From a virus (Duplodnaviria; Caudoviricetes), in IMG/VR virus record IMGVR_UViG_3300030059_002710, positions 1-41,679 of that record: DNA of 41,679 nucleotides. One strand, written 5' to 3'. Made by a program: the position numbers and the translations under genes. Below the pieces are notes generated by a model that was not told the origin of the DNA, did no database searches, and saw only the letters and a program-made list of their open reading frames with translations. This document shows, one piece after another, positions 10,029 through 23,000 of the stretch (position 1 is the first letter of the stretch; each line of letters begins with the position of its first letter).

Positions 10029-10865
10029 ATGGCAGATAAAGCAGCTACACTATCGTACTCGCAAGACTCCAAAGGATGGCCGTCTTTCTACTCTTACCTA
10101 CCTGATTATATGATCGGGATGAATGGATATTTCTATAGCTTTGGTCCTGCGGAAAATAAAGACGGAACTATTAGCGGCGGAAATTTATACCGTCATAATG
10201 TAAATGAAACCAGGAACGAGTACTACGGAGTTCAATACAAATCTACCATTACAGGTGTGTTAAACGTTGAGCCTAAGACCATTAAGCTCTTTAAGACTAT
10301 GTCATATGAGAGTGACGATAGGTGGGAGTGCACATCTTTAATAACAGACTTAGGCACGGGGTCTATGCTGGCTACATATTTTGTACAAAAAGAAGGAGAG
10401 TGGTTTACTTTTCTTAGGGAGACAGAGGGAACAAGAGATTACAGAGATAGAAATGTAAACGGAATTGGATTTTGCTTAGGCGTAGGGGGTCCGTCTTCTT
10501 CTGTGGCGATTTTATTTAATGTTCCTATTGGAGATATATTAAGCATAGGAGACTATATATACTCTACACCAACTACAGGTAATCCTCCCGTAGCTACAGG
10601 TGCTCCTCAATATGGAGGGCAAGTTATTGCGGTTGACCTTATAAATCAAACTGTTACAATAAATACCTCTATCGTTGAGCCTGGGCCAGGCGGTACGTCA
10701 GGAGTTAACCCTAACGCGGGGGATTACGTCTTCTTCTTTAAAGATGTCGTTGCAGAGTCTCACGGAGCTCGCGGATACTTTATGCAGTTTACTTTAGAGA
10801 ACGATAATACTGCTGCTGTAGAATTATTTGCAGTAGGCGGAAGCGTTATGAAAAGTTTTCCTTAA
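10029..10865 (+). CDS. Tail protein resembling the C-terminal part of the muzzle protein
   Basis: TLSYS..KGWPSFYSY.P, NLYRHN, KEGEWF, RGYFM and VELFAV motifs, which I recall normally ending muzzle proteins. Confidence 0.55.
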   Translation: MADKAATLSYSQDSKGWPSFYSYLPDYMIGMNGYFYSFGPAENKDGTISGGNLYRHNVNETRNEYYGVQYKSTITGVLNVEPKTIKLFKTMSYESDDRWECTSLITDLGTGSMLATYFVQKEGEWFTFLRETEGTRDYRDRNVNGIGFCLGVGGPSSSVAILFNVPIGDILSIGDYIYSTPTTGNPPVATGAPQYGGQVIAVDLINQTVTINTSIVEPGPGGTSGVNPNAGDYVFFFKDVVAESHGARGYFMQFTLENDNTAAVELFAVGGSVMKSFP

Positions 10866-10872
10866 AATTAGT

Positions 10873-10880
10873 TATCTTTG
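10873..10880 (+). promoter_or_regulatory. Bacteroidota-type -7 promoter box
   Basis: TATCTTTG 5 nt before ATG 10886. Confidence 0.6.
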
Positions 10881-10885
10881 TAGTA

Positions 10886-11296
10886 ATGAAATTAAATATA
10901 GAACCATTACAAGAAGGAGATTACGAAAACATATTGTGCCAATGGTGGAAAGACTGGCGATGGACACCTCCATCTAAAGACTTTCTCCCAGAGAATGGCA
11001 CAGGTGGGTTCATGGTCTCCGATGACGGGGTTCCCGTATGTGCTGGCTTTATGTATAGGACCAATTCGAAAGCCGTTTGGTGCGATTGGATAGTTTCTAA
11101 TTTTGAATATAAAAATAAACAAGGGAGGAAGGAAGCGATAGAGTTATTGATAAACACTATAGCGGACTTAGCCCAGGAGTTAGATAATAGTTTTGTATAC
11201 GCTTTGATAAAAAACAAACCCCTTATAAACAGCTATAAAAAAGCTGGATTTGTAGAGGGCTCAAGCTATACTACAGAGATGATAAAAAAGTTTTAA
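10886..11296 (+). CDS. GNAT-fold protein (putative acetyltransferase)
   Basis: 136 aa; GFMVSDDGVPVCAGFMY, R-K-E-A-I-E-L-L helix and YKKAGF signature; typical position before ejection genes in podoviruses. Confidence 0.6.
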   Translation: MKLNIEPLQEGDYENILCQWWKDWRWTPPSKDFLPENGTGGFMVSDDGVPVCAGFMYRTNSKAVWCDWIVSNFEYKNKQGRKEAIELLINTIADLAQELDNSFVYALIKNKPLINSYKKAGFVEGSSYTTEMIKKF

Positions 11297-11298
11297 TT

Positions 11299-12069
11299 AT
11301 GGCAGTAACAACAGCAGCAGTAGTAGGTATAGCAGCGGGTGGCTTTCAAGCAGTCCAAGGTTTTACAAGCGCAGCCAATGCAAAGGTAGCAGCACAAGAT
11401 GCAGAGAATGAGGCAACAAGGATGATGAGCGAAGCTCGGAAGAGAGCGGAGGTAAATAACTACGAAGGATTGGATATCCCTTTAGATGCATACGAGGCTA
11501 AGTTTGAGAACAACCTCGCCGCAGATAGGCAGGCTGTTGAAGCCCTGCAAGAAGGGGATTCAAGAAGTTTAGCAGCTGGTGTAGGCAGAGTGGGCGCTCA
11601 ACAGAATGCAGAGGCTCTTGAAACTCAACTTGCTATGGGAGATGAGATGTTTGGGTTGGATAAGATGAAGGCAGACTCGAAGGAGAATATCAAGCAGCAG
11701 ATGGTAGCTATGGATGTAGGTGAGGCTAAGATGCAAGATCAAAGGGCGAGAGAGCAACAGCAAATTAGAGCGGACTCTATTACGTCAGGTATTCAAGGGG
11801 TAACTCAAATTGCTGACAGCGCTGCTTCTTTAGCTCCGTTATATGGCAAGAGCATAGCAGACAAAAGGGCGGGTAAGATGATGGGGGATAAGTCGATGCA
11901 AACTAAAGCGTTGATGGCGGGCATAGATATAAAGGATACAGAGGCATACCTCAATTGGTTAAATACGCAGGGTATAACAGGGAAGATGTCAAGAAACGTT
12001 ACTTTAGGAACCCCTGATTCCTCGTCTTTATTAGATGAGCTTACTATATTTGGACAAGGAAATCAATAG
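11299..12069 (+). CDS. Putative ejection / internal virion protein
   Basis: Ala/Gly-rich hydrophobic N-terminus and Gln/Ala-rich helical body; position. Confidence 0.5.
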   Translation: MAVTTAAVVGIAAGGFQAVQGFTSAANAKVAAQDAENEATRMMSEARKRAEVNNYEGLDIPLDAYEAKFENNLAADRQAVEALQEGDSRSLAAGVGRVGAQQNAEALETQLAMGDEMFGLDKMKADSKENIKQQMVAMDVGEAKMQDQRAREQQQIRADSITSGIQGVTQIADSAASLAPLYGKSIADKRAGKMMGDKSMQTKALMAGIDIKDTEAYLNWLNTQGITGKMSRNVTLGTPDSSSLLDELTIFGQGNQ

Positions 12070-12072
12070 ATT

Positions 12073-14046
12073 ATGGCAAGAGATTTAAGCGTAAATAGTA
12101 AGATAGTAGACTCAAATCAGTATGTCTATCGGGAAGAGAGGGACCTAACGAAGACACAAGTCGATTGGGATACCGTCACCAAAGACCTGACGGAGACCAT
12201 AGAGACTATCCGTGACGATAGGGAAACCCGCAAATCTGAAATACAAGAGGCTACGACCAAGAGCATTAATGACTTGGCGGAGATGGAGCAGTACGACTCT
12301 GAGTCTTTAAACGTAAAGGTCTTGCAGGGTAGCCAGTGGGGTTCGGAGTTTTTGACTTCACAAAATACGCTTATGAAGAGGGGCCTATTAAAGCCTTCGG
12401 ATTTTATGCAGTCTAAGCAAAAAGTTTCGGATTCTTTTACGCAACTTAAATCAGCTTTAGGAAAATTCGATGCTGAATATAAGGAGGGCCAAGAGCGTAT
12501 GAACTCGCAGGTCCCTGGAGAGCAGTCCAATGTAATGGAGCAGGGTATAAAGTTAGGGATGTCGGGACTCGCGGGGTTATCTCAGTGGGATTTTGCAGGG
12601 AACCCTGCCACAGGAGATATGAACTTTGTGAAGAAGGGAACTGACGCCAGTAACCCAGCAAACTTAATGAGTTTAAACTCAATCAATCAGCGCCTTACCC
12701 AGAAGAGTGACTATGTCTCATTAAGCACCTCTGCTTCAGAAGAGGTAACACGTTTGGGGGTACAGATAGATGCCAGCTTTATTACAGATGGAGGTAGAGG
12801 ATCGGTAGAATCTATAGAAAGTTGGTTAGAAATAGACGGTAGTCAGGGTATGTTAGATTCATTGGTGGGAACAGTAACTGCTACTGAGGCTCAGCAGATT
12901 AGCATCTTGCAAGACGCGGGGGTTACAGCTAAAATGATGACTCAAGATCCCGAGGAGGCGGCAGCTAACCCTGGGGATGGTACACCAGGCAACCCTGGGT
13001 ATATTCTTATGGTTCCAAACGGAGATGGACAAGGAACTTTACAAGCTGAACTCTCTCCTTTACAACAAGATCTTGTAGACAAAGAAGCAGAGAAAATTAT
13101 CAGAAGTCAGCTGGATAAAAAGATTGAACTTGCGAAAGGACATCAGACTGTATTCAAGCCAAATGAAAGTGCTGCAAGTATTAATAATGAAAATAAAAAC
13201 AAGGAGTTAGCGGGTATGTATGAGGAGGTAGTTAATTTGGTAACAGGAAATGCGGCGCAAGCAGAGCAAAGTGCTACCGCTCTGGCGAGTTACGCAAATA
13301 ATAATATAACAGACCCGGACCTGAAAATAAAAAGTATCACAAGGCCAGATGGAGACGGGAACTTTACGGTGACAAGAGCAGATAACTCTAAGTTTGACGT
13401 AAGCTCTAAGGCTGCAGATGGCACTGTCTTAAGCACCAATGATTTAGTTGACTCGCTTTACGGAGACTTAATTGGAGAAAGCAATGTGGCTGCCGCTCGG
13501 GGAGCATATGGAGAAACAGGAGGTGTAGTTGGAGATACTCGAGGAGGAGGAGCCGCTGCATCTAATGTGCGAACCAAACCGATTCAACCTATGAATTACC
13601 AAGGATCTATTAAGGTAGACGGGAATGATATAGGGCCGCAAGCTTACTTAGTTTCTAAGCTGCAAGAAAGTTTTGACTATGGAGAGAATGCTACAGGAGG
13701 TGAGATTAAAGAGGCGTTTACTACAGTAATAGACGAGCTAATAATAGGCAATAGCCAACTTATTGATCTTGGCTTCCGAGTTGAGGCTACAGACGCTGAT
13801 GATAATGATAATGATGTGATCGCGTTTAACTTCCCAGGGTTACCTGATACAGGTGATGGTCCAGGAGTAAGAACGATAACAGGTACTAACTCTAAGTCTA
13901 TAGCCCAAGCATATTCTGAGATGCAGAAGTTTATGAATGAATGGGTCGAGGCTACAAATACAGCAAACAATCCAGGCACAGGAGACACCGCAGGTCAAGG
14001 AGGCGTCCCGGCAGGAAACGTTATTTTAGAATCAGGAGAAGAATAA
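12073..14046 (+). CDS. Putative ejection / internal virion protein (657 aa)
   Basis: Helical and acidic; second of three progressively larger genes after the GNAT gene. Confidence 0.45.
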   Translation: MARDLSVNSKIVDSNQYVYREERDLTKTQVDWDTVTKDLTETIETIRDDRETRKSEIQEATTKSINDLAEMEQYDSESLNVKVLQGSQWGSEFLTSQNTLMKRGLLKPSDFMQSKQKVSDSFTQLKSALGKFDAEYKEGQERMNSQVPGEQSNVMEQGIKLGMSGLAGLSQWDFAGNPATGDMNFVKKGTDASNPANLMSLNSINQRLTQKSDYVSLSTSASEEVTRLGVQIDASFITDGGRGSVESIESWLEIDGSQGMLDSLVGTVTATEAQQISILQDAGVTAKMMTQDPEEAAANPGDGTPGNPGYILMVPNGDGQGTLQAELSPLQQDLVDKEAEKIIRSQLDKKIELAKGHQTVFKPNESAASINNENKNKELAGMYEEVVNLVTGNAAQAEQSATALASYANNNITDPDLKIKSITRPDGDGNFTVTRADNSKFDVSSKAADGTVLSTNDLVDSLYGDLIGESNVAAARGAYGETGGVVGDTRGGGAAASNVRTKPIQPMNYQGSIKVDGNDIGPQAYLVSKLQESFDYGENATGGEIKEAFTTVIDELIIGNSQLIDLGFRVEATDADDNDNDVIAFNFPGLPDTGDGPGVRTITGTNSKSIAQAYSEMQKFMNEWVEATNTANNPGTGDTAGQGGVPAGNVILESGEE

Positions 14047-14050
14047 GAAT

Positions 14051-17000
14051 ATGGAAGATAAGCTTAGAAAAATATTTGATCTATATGTTCAACAGGGATT
14101 GCTTACAGAAGGCGAGGCTTCATTTGAAAAGTGGAGTAAGGCCAATGATAATCAACAGGAACAGCTGTTTAAGTTAGGGCAGAAGAGTGGTATCTTCTCT
14201 AAAGAAACTCCTTTGGAATCCTTCTCTGCTATTTGGGGAGTAAAAAAAAAAGACGAATCCGAACCTATTTCTCAAGAGGAAGGTATGGCATCCACTACAC
14301 CAGTGGTGGAGGAAGAACCTATCTCATCGGAGTCTTCCGAGGTCGTTGACTCAAGCGTTACAATACCTGGAGGTAGAAGAGGTGACGTTGTAGGACAGGT
14401 CCCAGATGAGTTTGGCGGAGGAGATATCACGCGGTTTGAATCGGGAAGAAGGTATAGGGGCCAAAGAAGTACACGGGAAGAAGAGGCCCGAGATAGAAGC
14501 GCCTCATTGTTTGATGGAAGGGGGGGCACTGTAGCTACTGGGGAGAAAGATACTGCGCTGGAAAGAACGTTTGGAAAGTTTGGGGTAACAGATTTCTTTG
14601 GGGATATATGGAGAGCGGGAGCAAAAGGTATCGAGACGGGTAATACCGTCGACGAAGCTTTAGAGGTGATGTACAAAGGGAAGGAGGCATCGTCTCAAGA
14701 TATCCAAGACTACTTAGATGCGAGCGAAGCTTTAGCTGAGAGAGGAGAGTCGGATGAGATGAGGAGTTTTAACCAAGCTTTTGAGGCGGCAGGTGGCGGA
14801 GCATGGGGTTTCTTAATGGGTATGTGGGATTCTCCTACGGCAGTATCTGAGATCGCTATAACAAGTATAACACAGATGGCAAACCCAGCTTCAATAGCGG
14901 CAGCGGGAGCAGTCGTTGGAGCAGGGACAGCAGGAGGCGCGGGTATAGGAGCATTAGCAGGAGGAGTAGGGGCGATACCTGGAGCTGGTATAGGAGCTGC
15001 AGCAAGTATACCATATGCAATAGGAGCGGCGGGGGCTACCTTGGAAGCAGGGTTATCTTTCTCTGAGTTTCTTCAAGAGGAGATAGGAGAGAAGGGGTTA
15101 GAGTTAGATGAGGCTGGTGTGCGTGCGGTCTTTGCAGACCCAGAGGCTATGTTAAGAATTAGGATGAAGGCGGCAGGTAGGGGTGCAGTTATTGGTATCA
15201 TTGACGGACTGACAGCTGGAGTAGCAGGGAAGATAGGAGCAGGTATAACTAAGGGAGGTGTCGCAACAACAAAGTCACTTGCTAAAAGTAAACTTAAAGC
15301 TTTAGCTGCGGGTACTGTGGTTGAGGGGATTGGGGGTGGTTTAGGAGAGGCTACTGCCCGTGCTGTTGTAGGCCAGGAGATGGATGCTTTAGAGATTGGG
15401 TTTGAGATGGTAGGTGGTGGGCCAGGGTCTATACTTTCCGTTGGCCCAACTTTATTAGGTAAAGGTAAGTATGCCTTTGGACCTGACGGGGCTCCTATGT
15501 CTCGGGAGGAGATGATTGCTATGGTGACGGACACAGACGACGCGACCTTTGCTGGAGCGAAGTTAAAAATAAAAGGCGATCCAGGGTTGAAACTTTTAGC
15601 AGAGGAGAGGAAGACCAAGCTACGGAAGCAGGCTGGGATTATTCAAACCATGGGTACAGAATTAGATGGCCTCAGTCCTGAAGGTAGAAAGGCTGCGATA
15701 GAGTTAGAGACGGAGCTGTCCGAGATGGGTAGCCCTATAACTCGTAAGGGGAAAGCAAGTAAGAAAACATTACAAGATAAGTTAGATTCCCTATATGAGA
15801 ACGACCCTGGGATAGCAGAAGAGCTTGCTGTAGCAGAGGATGTCGAGGCAGCACAAGATGATGTGTCTGAAGAAGCGTCAGACTTCGAAGCTTTAATGAA
15901 TGAGGTTTCTCCATCTATAGAGGAGGATGTAGAAGCAGACGTAGAGGCAGACGTAGAAGCAGACGTAGAAGCAGACGTAGAGGCAGATGTAGAGGCTGAC
16001 GTAGAGACAGATGTAGAGGCGGATAAAAGCAAGCTAAAAAGACGAACTGACAAAGCTAAGGCTGAATTTAATGCGGCCACAAGTATTAAAGATAAAGCTA
16101 AGGCGTTGGTTAGATTTCTTAATAATGCCTCCATCAGTGACTCCTCTGTAAGCCGGGAGGATATGTCTTGGTACGAAGAGTCTAAGTCAGATCTTGAGGC
16201 GGAAGGGTATGTGTTTGATGGTGAGCTCGGGAGAAAGCTTGGGGATGGAGAGATTTATGATGCGGAAATGAAAGAGACAAGCGACAACGTTCCAGAGGGA
16301 GTTACGATTGTAAAGTCGGTTGTACAACCCAAGCGTCTCGTAGGGGGAAAGATGGTGGGGAGACCAGTATACAATGTAATAATAGGAACAGGGACTACAA
16401 CAGAAAGAGTGGCCCTTGCCGCAAACGTTGAGTCTCTTAGTATGAGTCTGACGCCTGAGAACAGAGAAGAGGTTGCTCCAAAGTTGTCAGCCGCACGCCA
16501 AGCACTAAAAAAATATGACTCTGCTAACTTCACCTCTCCCGTACAAACAGAAATAAACATAGAACAAGATGCCATTCAAGAGTCAATCACAGAAGAAGTG
16601 GATGTACAAGAACAAACCCCAGATGGCCAGCCGATGGGAGAGGGAGACGCCTCCGGGGGAACTTCCATTGAAAGTGAAAGCCAAACCGAAACTGCCCCGA
16701 CAACGACGGAGGAAATAGAATTAACTGCTGGGTTTACTAAAGAAGGAGTAGAGATAAAGGCTCCTAAACGTAAAGGAAGAAAAGTAAATGACAGCCTCAC
16801 TGTCTTAGACCAGACAGAGGAGGACTCTCACTATGGATCTAAAGATTTCAAGGATAGTAACCCGGGATCTAACAAGAATAAGCACGAGAAGATGTTATTG
16901 GGTAGAGCGCAGAAAGCAGTCAAAGCTATCCAAGCTTTATTTCCAGGACTAAATATTGTTATGCATAGGAGTGGCGCCACTTACAAAGATCATGTAGGTA

Positions 17001-20000
17001 TAAACTCTCGCGGCGCTTTCAATCCTAACACGAATACCATACATATAAACATGCCCCAGGCTACGGGCAGAACTATAGGACACGAAGTATTCCACGCTAT
17101 TCTTAAAGCTAAGTTCGGAAGCGAGGTAAGTATCCAACGAGCAACCAAGCTTATGATTAAGTCTTTAAGACGAGGGATTAATAAAAGCACCAACCTAAGT
17201 AAAGAACAGGTCTTACAGTTAGAAAAGTATTCTCAACTATTTGAAGGAGATCAGACTGTCGTTCAAGATGAGGAATTTTTAGCGGAGTTTGTTGGACTAT
17301 TGGCTGAGACGTATACAAAATTAGAAGTACCTCAGCAGACTATTATTAAGAAGTGGATTGTTAAGGTGGCTAAGATGTTAGGCATCCCTTCTGAGGATGT
17401 GTTGGCTGATTCAGATCGTGACGTAATAGATTTATTAAACACAATTGCAGGTAAAGTAACCGAGGGAAAAGAAATTGCCGAGGCGGATATAAAGTCCTTG
17501 GAAAAATTAAAAGACAAGAAGAAGCCAGCGACCAAGAAGCCCGTGGCCAAGAAGCCAGCGGCCAAGAAGCCAGCGACCAAGAAGCCATCTCCCCCTTCAG
17601 AACAACAGATTAAGGAACGGAGTAAGCGCAAACAAGCTGAGATAAAGCAAGGTTCACCTGAACAGCAGAGATTGAAATCCAGACAAGAAGATAAAGCTGG
17701 TATTAAGTCGGCGAAGGAAGCTGGCATTTCAGTGATACCAATAGAAGAACATACTAAGCTTGAGGATAAGTACTCCAAAAGAAAAAGCGCATTCCTTAAA
17801 GGAGGGCGAAGAAAGATTAAGTTCACCTATAAGGGAAAAGAATATAGTGTACTGGGAATCCCTGGAGATCTTAACTCTAAGAGTGAACGTACTATTAAAG
17901 AGAGGTTTTATATTCAAGATTCCAAAGGTAAGCCTGTATCGCATACATCTAAATTAGCGTCAGCGTTTACGCATGCGTTGCTTGAAAATGATGGGAACAT
18001 TGGAGCAGAAGCTTATCGTAAGCAGATGCTTCTTCCTGAGACATCTCTTGTAACAGACTTTACTGTTGAAGATAAGGGTATAAAGACACAGGCTATTACA
18101 GCTATAGAAGAAGGGGGGTCCGTTAATATAGGAGAAGCGTCTCTTATACAAAAGCCTGATATTAAAACGCAGGCTATGTCGTTTCCTTCAGAGCCTGGCC
18201 CGTTATCTTTTGTTACTGAGAAAGATAAAGTAGATATTAAAAGTCTTATAGATAACATCGTAGAGAATGATGAGACGGTTTGGTTCTGGACAGCAGATCA
18301 ATTAGGTCGTGGAGAGTACGGGGATGTGGTGGTGGATAAGCAACACTACTTAGATGCCGGGCCAAGCTATGCTTTAGATCCAGAGAATAGAAAGAAACGC
18401 GCTGTATGGGCATCAGGTTTAGGTAAGGGTACTCTTAAAAAGGGAGTGGAAAAGTCTGACTACATATTTATTATGAGCGGATCTCCACAGGCGAGCATGA
18501 GGTTTAATAAGCAAGTGTTTAGTGTACTCGAAGAGAGGGTAAACCAAGCTGGAGGCTTTGGTGCATTTAAAGAAGCCGTGATGGAATCAAAGCCTGTTAA
18601 GGCTGTAAGAGAAGTTATGGAAAAGCATGATAGCTTTGACTCGTTAAAGAAATCTCCTGACAGAAAGAAGTTGCTTAATTCTTTTGCTGAAGTAGAAACA
18701 AAAAAAGACACGCCTCTTAAGAGAACTCTGGAGAAGTTCAACGCTTTCTTAGATATGGACTCTATGCGTGACAGCTTCTACCGTGACAATGACTTTAAGC
18801 AGAACGATATAATGTTGGTTCTTAAGCCTACAGAAGTAGGAGGGGAATCCGCACACTCTACTTATACCACAGATATTTTAGGTGAAGTTATTGGAGTGCC
18901 TGATGTTAAGATTGATGCAGCAGATATAGCTACAGGTGATGCGCGAGCTAAGATTGATTCTCTTGTAGAGCAGACAGGAAAGAGAAGGGCTGTAGAGGCT
19001 CAGGTGTTGGCGCCATATGGAACGGGACCTGGAAAGAAAATACGTAAAGCTCCGAAGCAAGCAGCTATAAAGACACAGGCTATAGGAGAGCAAGCGTCTG
19101 TAGATGAGTACCTTAGTGAGCAGAACTTTTTCCAAGAGACCAGCCCATTTGCCTGGGCAGTGGATGAGGTAGGAAAAGAAACATTACAAGACTCTCAGAT
19201 CAGAGAGTATAAGGGGACGTTTGGTGTGGTTACGCCGGACGGTGATATTAAAGGTTTGTTTAATCCTAATGTAGCCAGAGAAAGAAAGGGAAAGGTAGCG
19301 GAGAAGGGTACCTTAAAAGGGCTTATGCCTTTGTTAATAGAAGCAGGCGGGAAAAAACTCGATAATTTTGACGGAAGATTAACTAAGATGTACGAAGGCC
19401 AAGGTTTTAAGGTAGTGGCTCGTACTCCGTTCAACGAAGAGTTTGCGCCAGAAGGATGGAACAAGAAGGACCATGGCACACCTGATGTAGTAGCTATGGT
19501 ATACGATCCTGAAGGGAATATAAACGTAGAGGAGAAAACCTTTGACGAGTATGATGATGCTATGGCTTACAGAGATGAGGCTATAGATAAACCGCAGCAA
19601 AAAACTTATGATACCATATTAGAATCGGAAGTATCAAGATCGGCATTAAAAAGCATCCTTCTATCAATCAGAAAGTCTAAACCCGGATCCTTTGCGGTAG
19701 ACCTGCTAAGCGATGTTATAAAAGAAAACCCTATAGAGGATTTTAATTATGACTATTTGAATGACGAGAACTTAACGTATAATTCTGTTATTGATATGTT
19801 AGTTTCAGAAGAGATATTTAGCACGACACGCGAGGCTGTCGATAAACTTTCTGTTATAGGAAAGGGGATCGTAATGAAAGATATTGTTGACACCTCTATA
19901 AAGACACAGGCTATAGATGGCGATATAAAGACACAGGTCTTCAACCCACAAAACACAGCTGAGGATATCATTAAGTTCGGAAGGGAGAATAACTTCTCCG

Positions 20001-23000
20001 ACGCAGCTATAAAAGATTACTTAGTAAGGGTAAAGAAATTACCTATAAGGGATAAGGTTAAGAAAGGAACTAAAGAAGTTACCGAGCAAGGTGTAGATAC
20101 TTTAATGGCTCTTGACTCGATACCAGCGAGCTTTGGGAATGTGAAGGGAGGAGTTAAAGTAGGGAAGAAACTATTCGCAAGAGTAGAGAAGTTTAGGGCC
20201 AAGCTAATTAAAGAAAACGAGAAGAGGAAAGCAGGGGGCAAAGGGATGCCGCCATTTTCAGAGGCGGAGATAATGGACCAGACCATAGAGTTCTTGGAGA
20301 GTCAGCCCGCATACATTAAGGAAGGGACGAAGCAGAAGATGGAGACAGACCAGCAGACTCAGATGATTATCGATATGCAAAAATCTTTAGGAGTGAACCC
20401 TACTAAGGGGATGAACACCCGTATAAGATCGATGAGGCAGAAGATGATGGACAGAAGAAAGGGAGCGAAAGGTTTGCAAGCGGTGAAGCGTGAGCTAAGA
20501 AACTTTATACGCCAAGCTCTACCTACAATAAAAGGAGATACATATTCTAAATCAGAGTTGATGGGGTTCTTAGGAGACGTAGTAAAAGCGGATAAGGATA
20601 ATATTGACAACCTCATCGAGGAGGTTGTAGATAAAGTAACGACTCGTCAGGTAAAAGCTTTGGATGCTAAGATAGAATCTGTCCTTAACGGGACGTATGA
20701 GGTGGTACAGGCGGGCCGATTGAAGGGAGTGAAGATAGATACTGATACACGGGAGAGGTTAGAGCGTATTAAAGATGCGGTCACCAATGAAGCCATGACA
20801 GCGGAGGATATTGTAGAATCTAACTTAGGTCTTAACGAAGAGTATAATGCATTAAACGAGAAGCCAGACCAGACCGATGCGGATAGAAATAAGATGGTGG
20901 ACTTGATGACGATTATGTCTATAAACAATTCCAAACTTATGGAAGATGTAGATATAGATAAGTTAGAGTCTCTAAGTACAGCCGAAGAGCTGTTGTTAGG
21001 GATAGTAGGAGAAGGAAAGCAGGTTCTAAAGGAGCAGATGAAGATAGACCATGAGAGGTATACAAGTAATTTGGTTAGGGTATATAAAACCGTTACCGGA
21101 GAGACTATAGATCCAAGTAACCCAGAGGTAATGCAAGAAGCGAAGGATATGCTGATGGACCAAAAGAATAGAAAAGAATCCAGGGCCGCAGAGAAAGGAT
21201 TGAAAAAATATCTCAGAAGACTTATTGAAAAGATAAGTGGTTTTAAGAAATCCTCCGAAAGCGTAGAGGGTTTGATGGAGATTATAGCGGAAGCTCCGGG
21301 AGAAATATTAGGTGGAGATGCGAGGAAGATAGTATATGAGGGCCTGAATGCTGGGACCCGAGTATATAAAAAGCGCATGATGGAGGCCACGAAAGTTATC
21401 CAGGATAAAGTAAAAGAGATATACGGAAAGAGCTGGCGGAATCAGAGCCGAGTGAACTCTGTAAGAAAAGACACGGGGGTATATAGAACTGGAGGAAAGG
21501 AAGCTATAGCAAGAGCGCAAGCAAAGTATGACGCTAACCCAACAAAATTAAATAAAAGAAACTTAGCAAAAGTAAAAGAATCGAAGACTATAAACCTTAG
21601 CCCGAACGAGATAGCTCAGCAGTGGCAACAGTACCAAGACCCGGCTAACCTTCCTTCGTTTGCCAACGAAGATAACTTATACTTCGGAGAAGACCATGCA
21701 CGTATAATGGCGGAGCTGGTGGAAACTATAGGAGGAGAAGATGGGAAGATTTTGGAGATGGCGAAGTGGCAAGTGGAAGAGTTCTATCCTTCTATGTATC
21801 CTCACTTAAACGAGGCGTACAAGAAGATATACAGAACGAATATGCCATGGAACGTACACTACGCAGGGAGGATTAAAAGAGAAGGTGTAGAGAGCGAAGG
21901 CATAGACCTGCTCGGACGTAAAGAAAGTTTCAACACCCAGATAGGCGCACCCTCTACTAAGGTGAGGATAAAAAACGCTAAGCCTATTCAGCCTATGGAT
22001 ATGATGGGAGCTATGGTAACATACACCACCGATATGGAGTGGTTCGCTGCTATGGGTCCGACGATTAGAGATATAGATAAGCTGTTTAGTAATCCTTTGA
22101 TGCGTAATGCTATAGAAAATGTAGCGGGAGAATCTACGATGAGACTGATAGACCACCATATGAAAAATATTGCGGCAAGAGGCGTGAATACCGAGAGAGG
22201 TCAGGATATGGTTAACGCAATGAACAATATGTTTGCCACTACAAGGTTAGGATTCTCTCCTAACATTGCTATAAAGCAGTTGACATCTATTCCTACATAC
22301 GCTTTGGATATAGGCGCTGGGAACTATGCATATCACGCAGTAAAAAACAAGACAGAGTTCTTAAAAGTATTTAATGAGATACGAAACAACTCTGTATATC
22401 TTCAAGACAGAGTAAGCTCTGATATAAGACAGGTAACAGAATCTTATAGCGGGAAACAAGATATAGATTTCGTGCCTAAGTCTGCGTCCAGTTGGTTTAT
22501 GAATACTATGATGGGATTCATTAAAGCAGGTGATATAACGGCTATATACTTAGGCGGTATGCCGAACTACTCTTTCTATAAGGCAGAGTATATGAAGGCT
22601 AACCCTAACGCTACGGAGCAACAGGCTATAGATCACGCCATTGTAAAGTTTGAGTCAGACACGAAGTCTACTCAGCAGTCTATGGACTTACAAGACAAAG
22701 ATTTCTATCAAACCTCTGGACCTATCGCTCGATCTTTTAACCTATTTAAGACATCACAGAAGCAGTACCTAAGAAAAGAGTTCTCGGGTTTACGGAATAT
22801 GAGAAGAGGATTCAGAGACGGAAACATGAAACAAGCGGCGAAGGGAGCTGTGAAATTTGCCACGTTCCACGCGATGATGCCTGTGTTGTTTCAGTTTATA
22901 GCTTCAGGATTGCCTGGATTAATGAGCGACTGGGATGAGGAGGACGGAGAAGATCTGATTAGAGCAGCTGTTATAGGAAACTTTAACTCCCTGTTTATAG

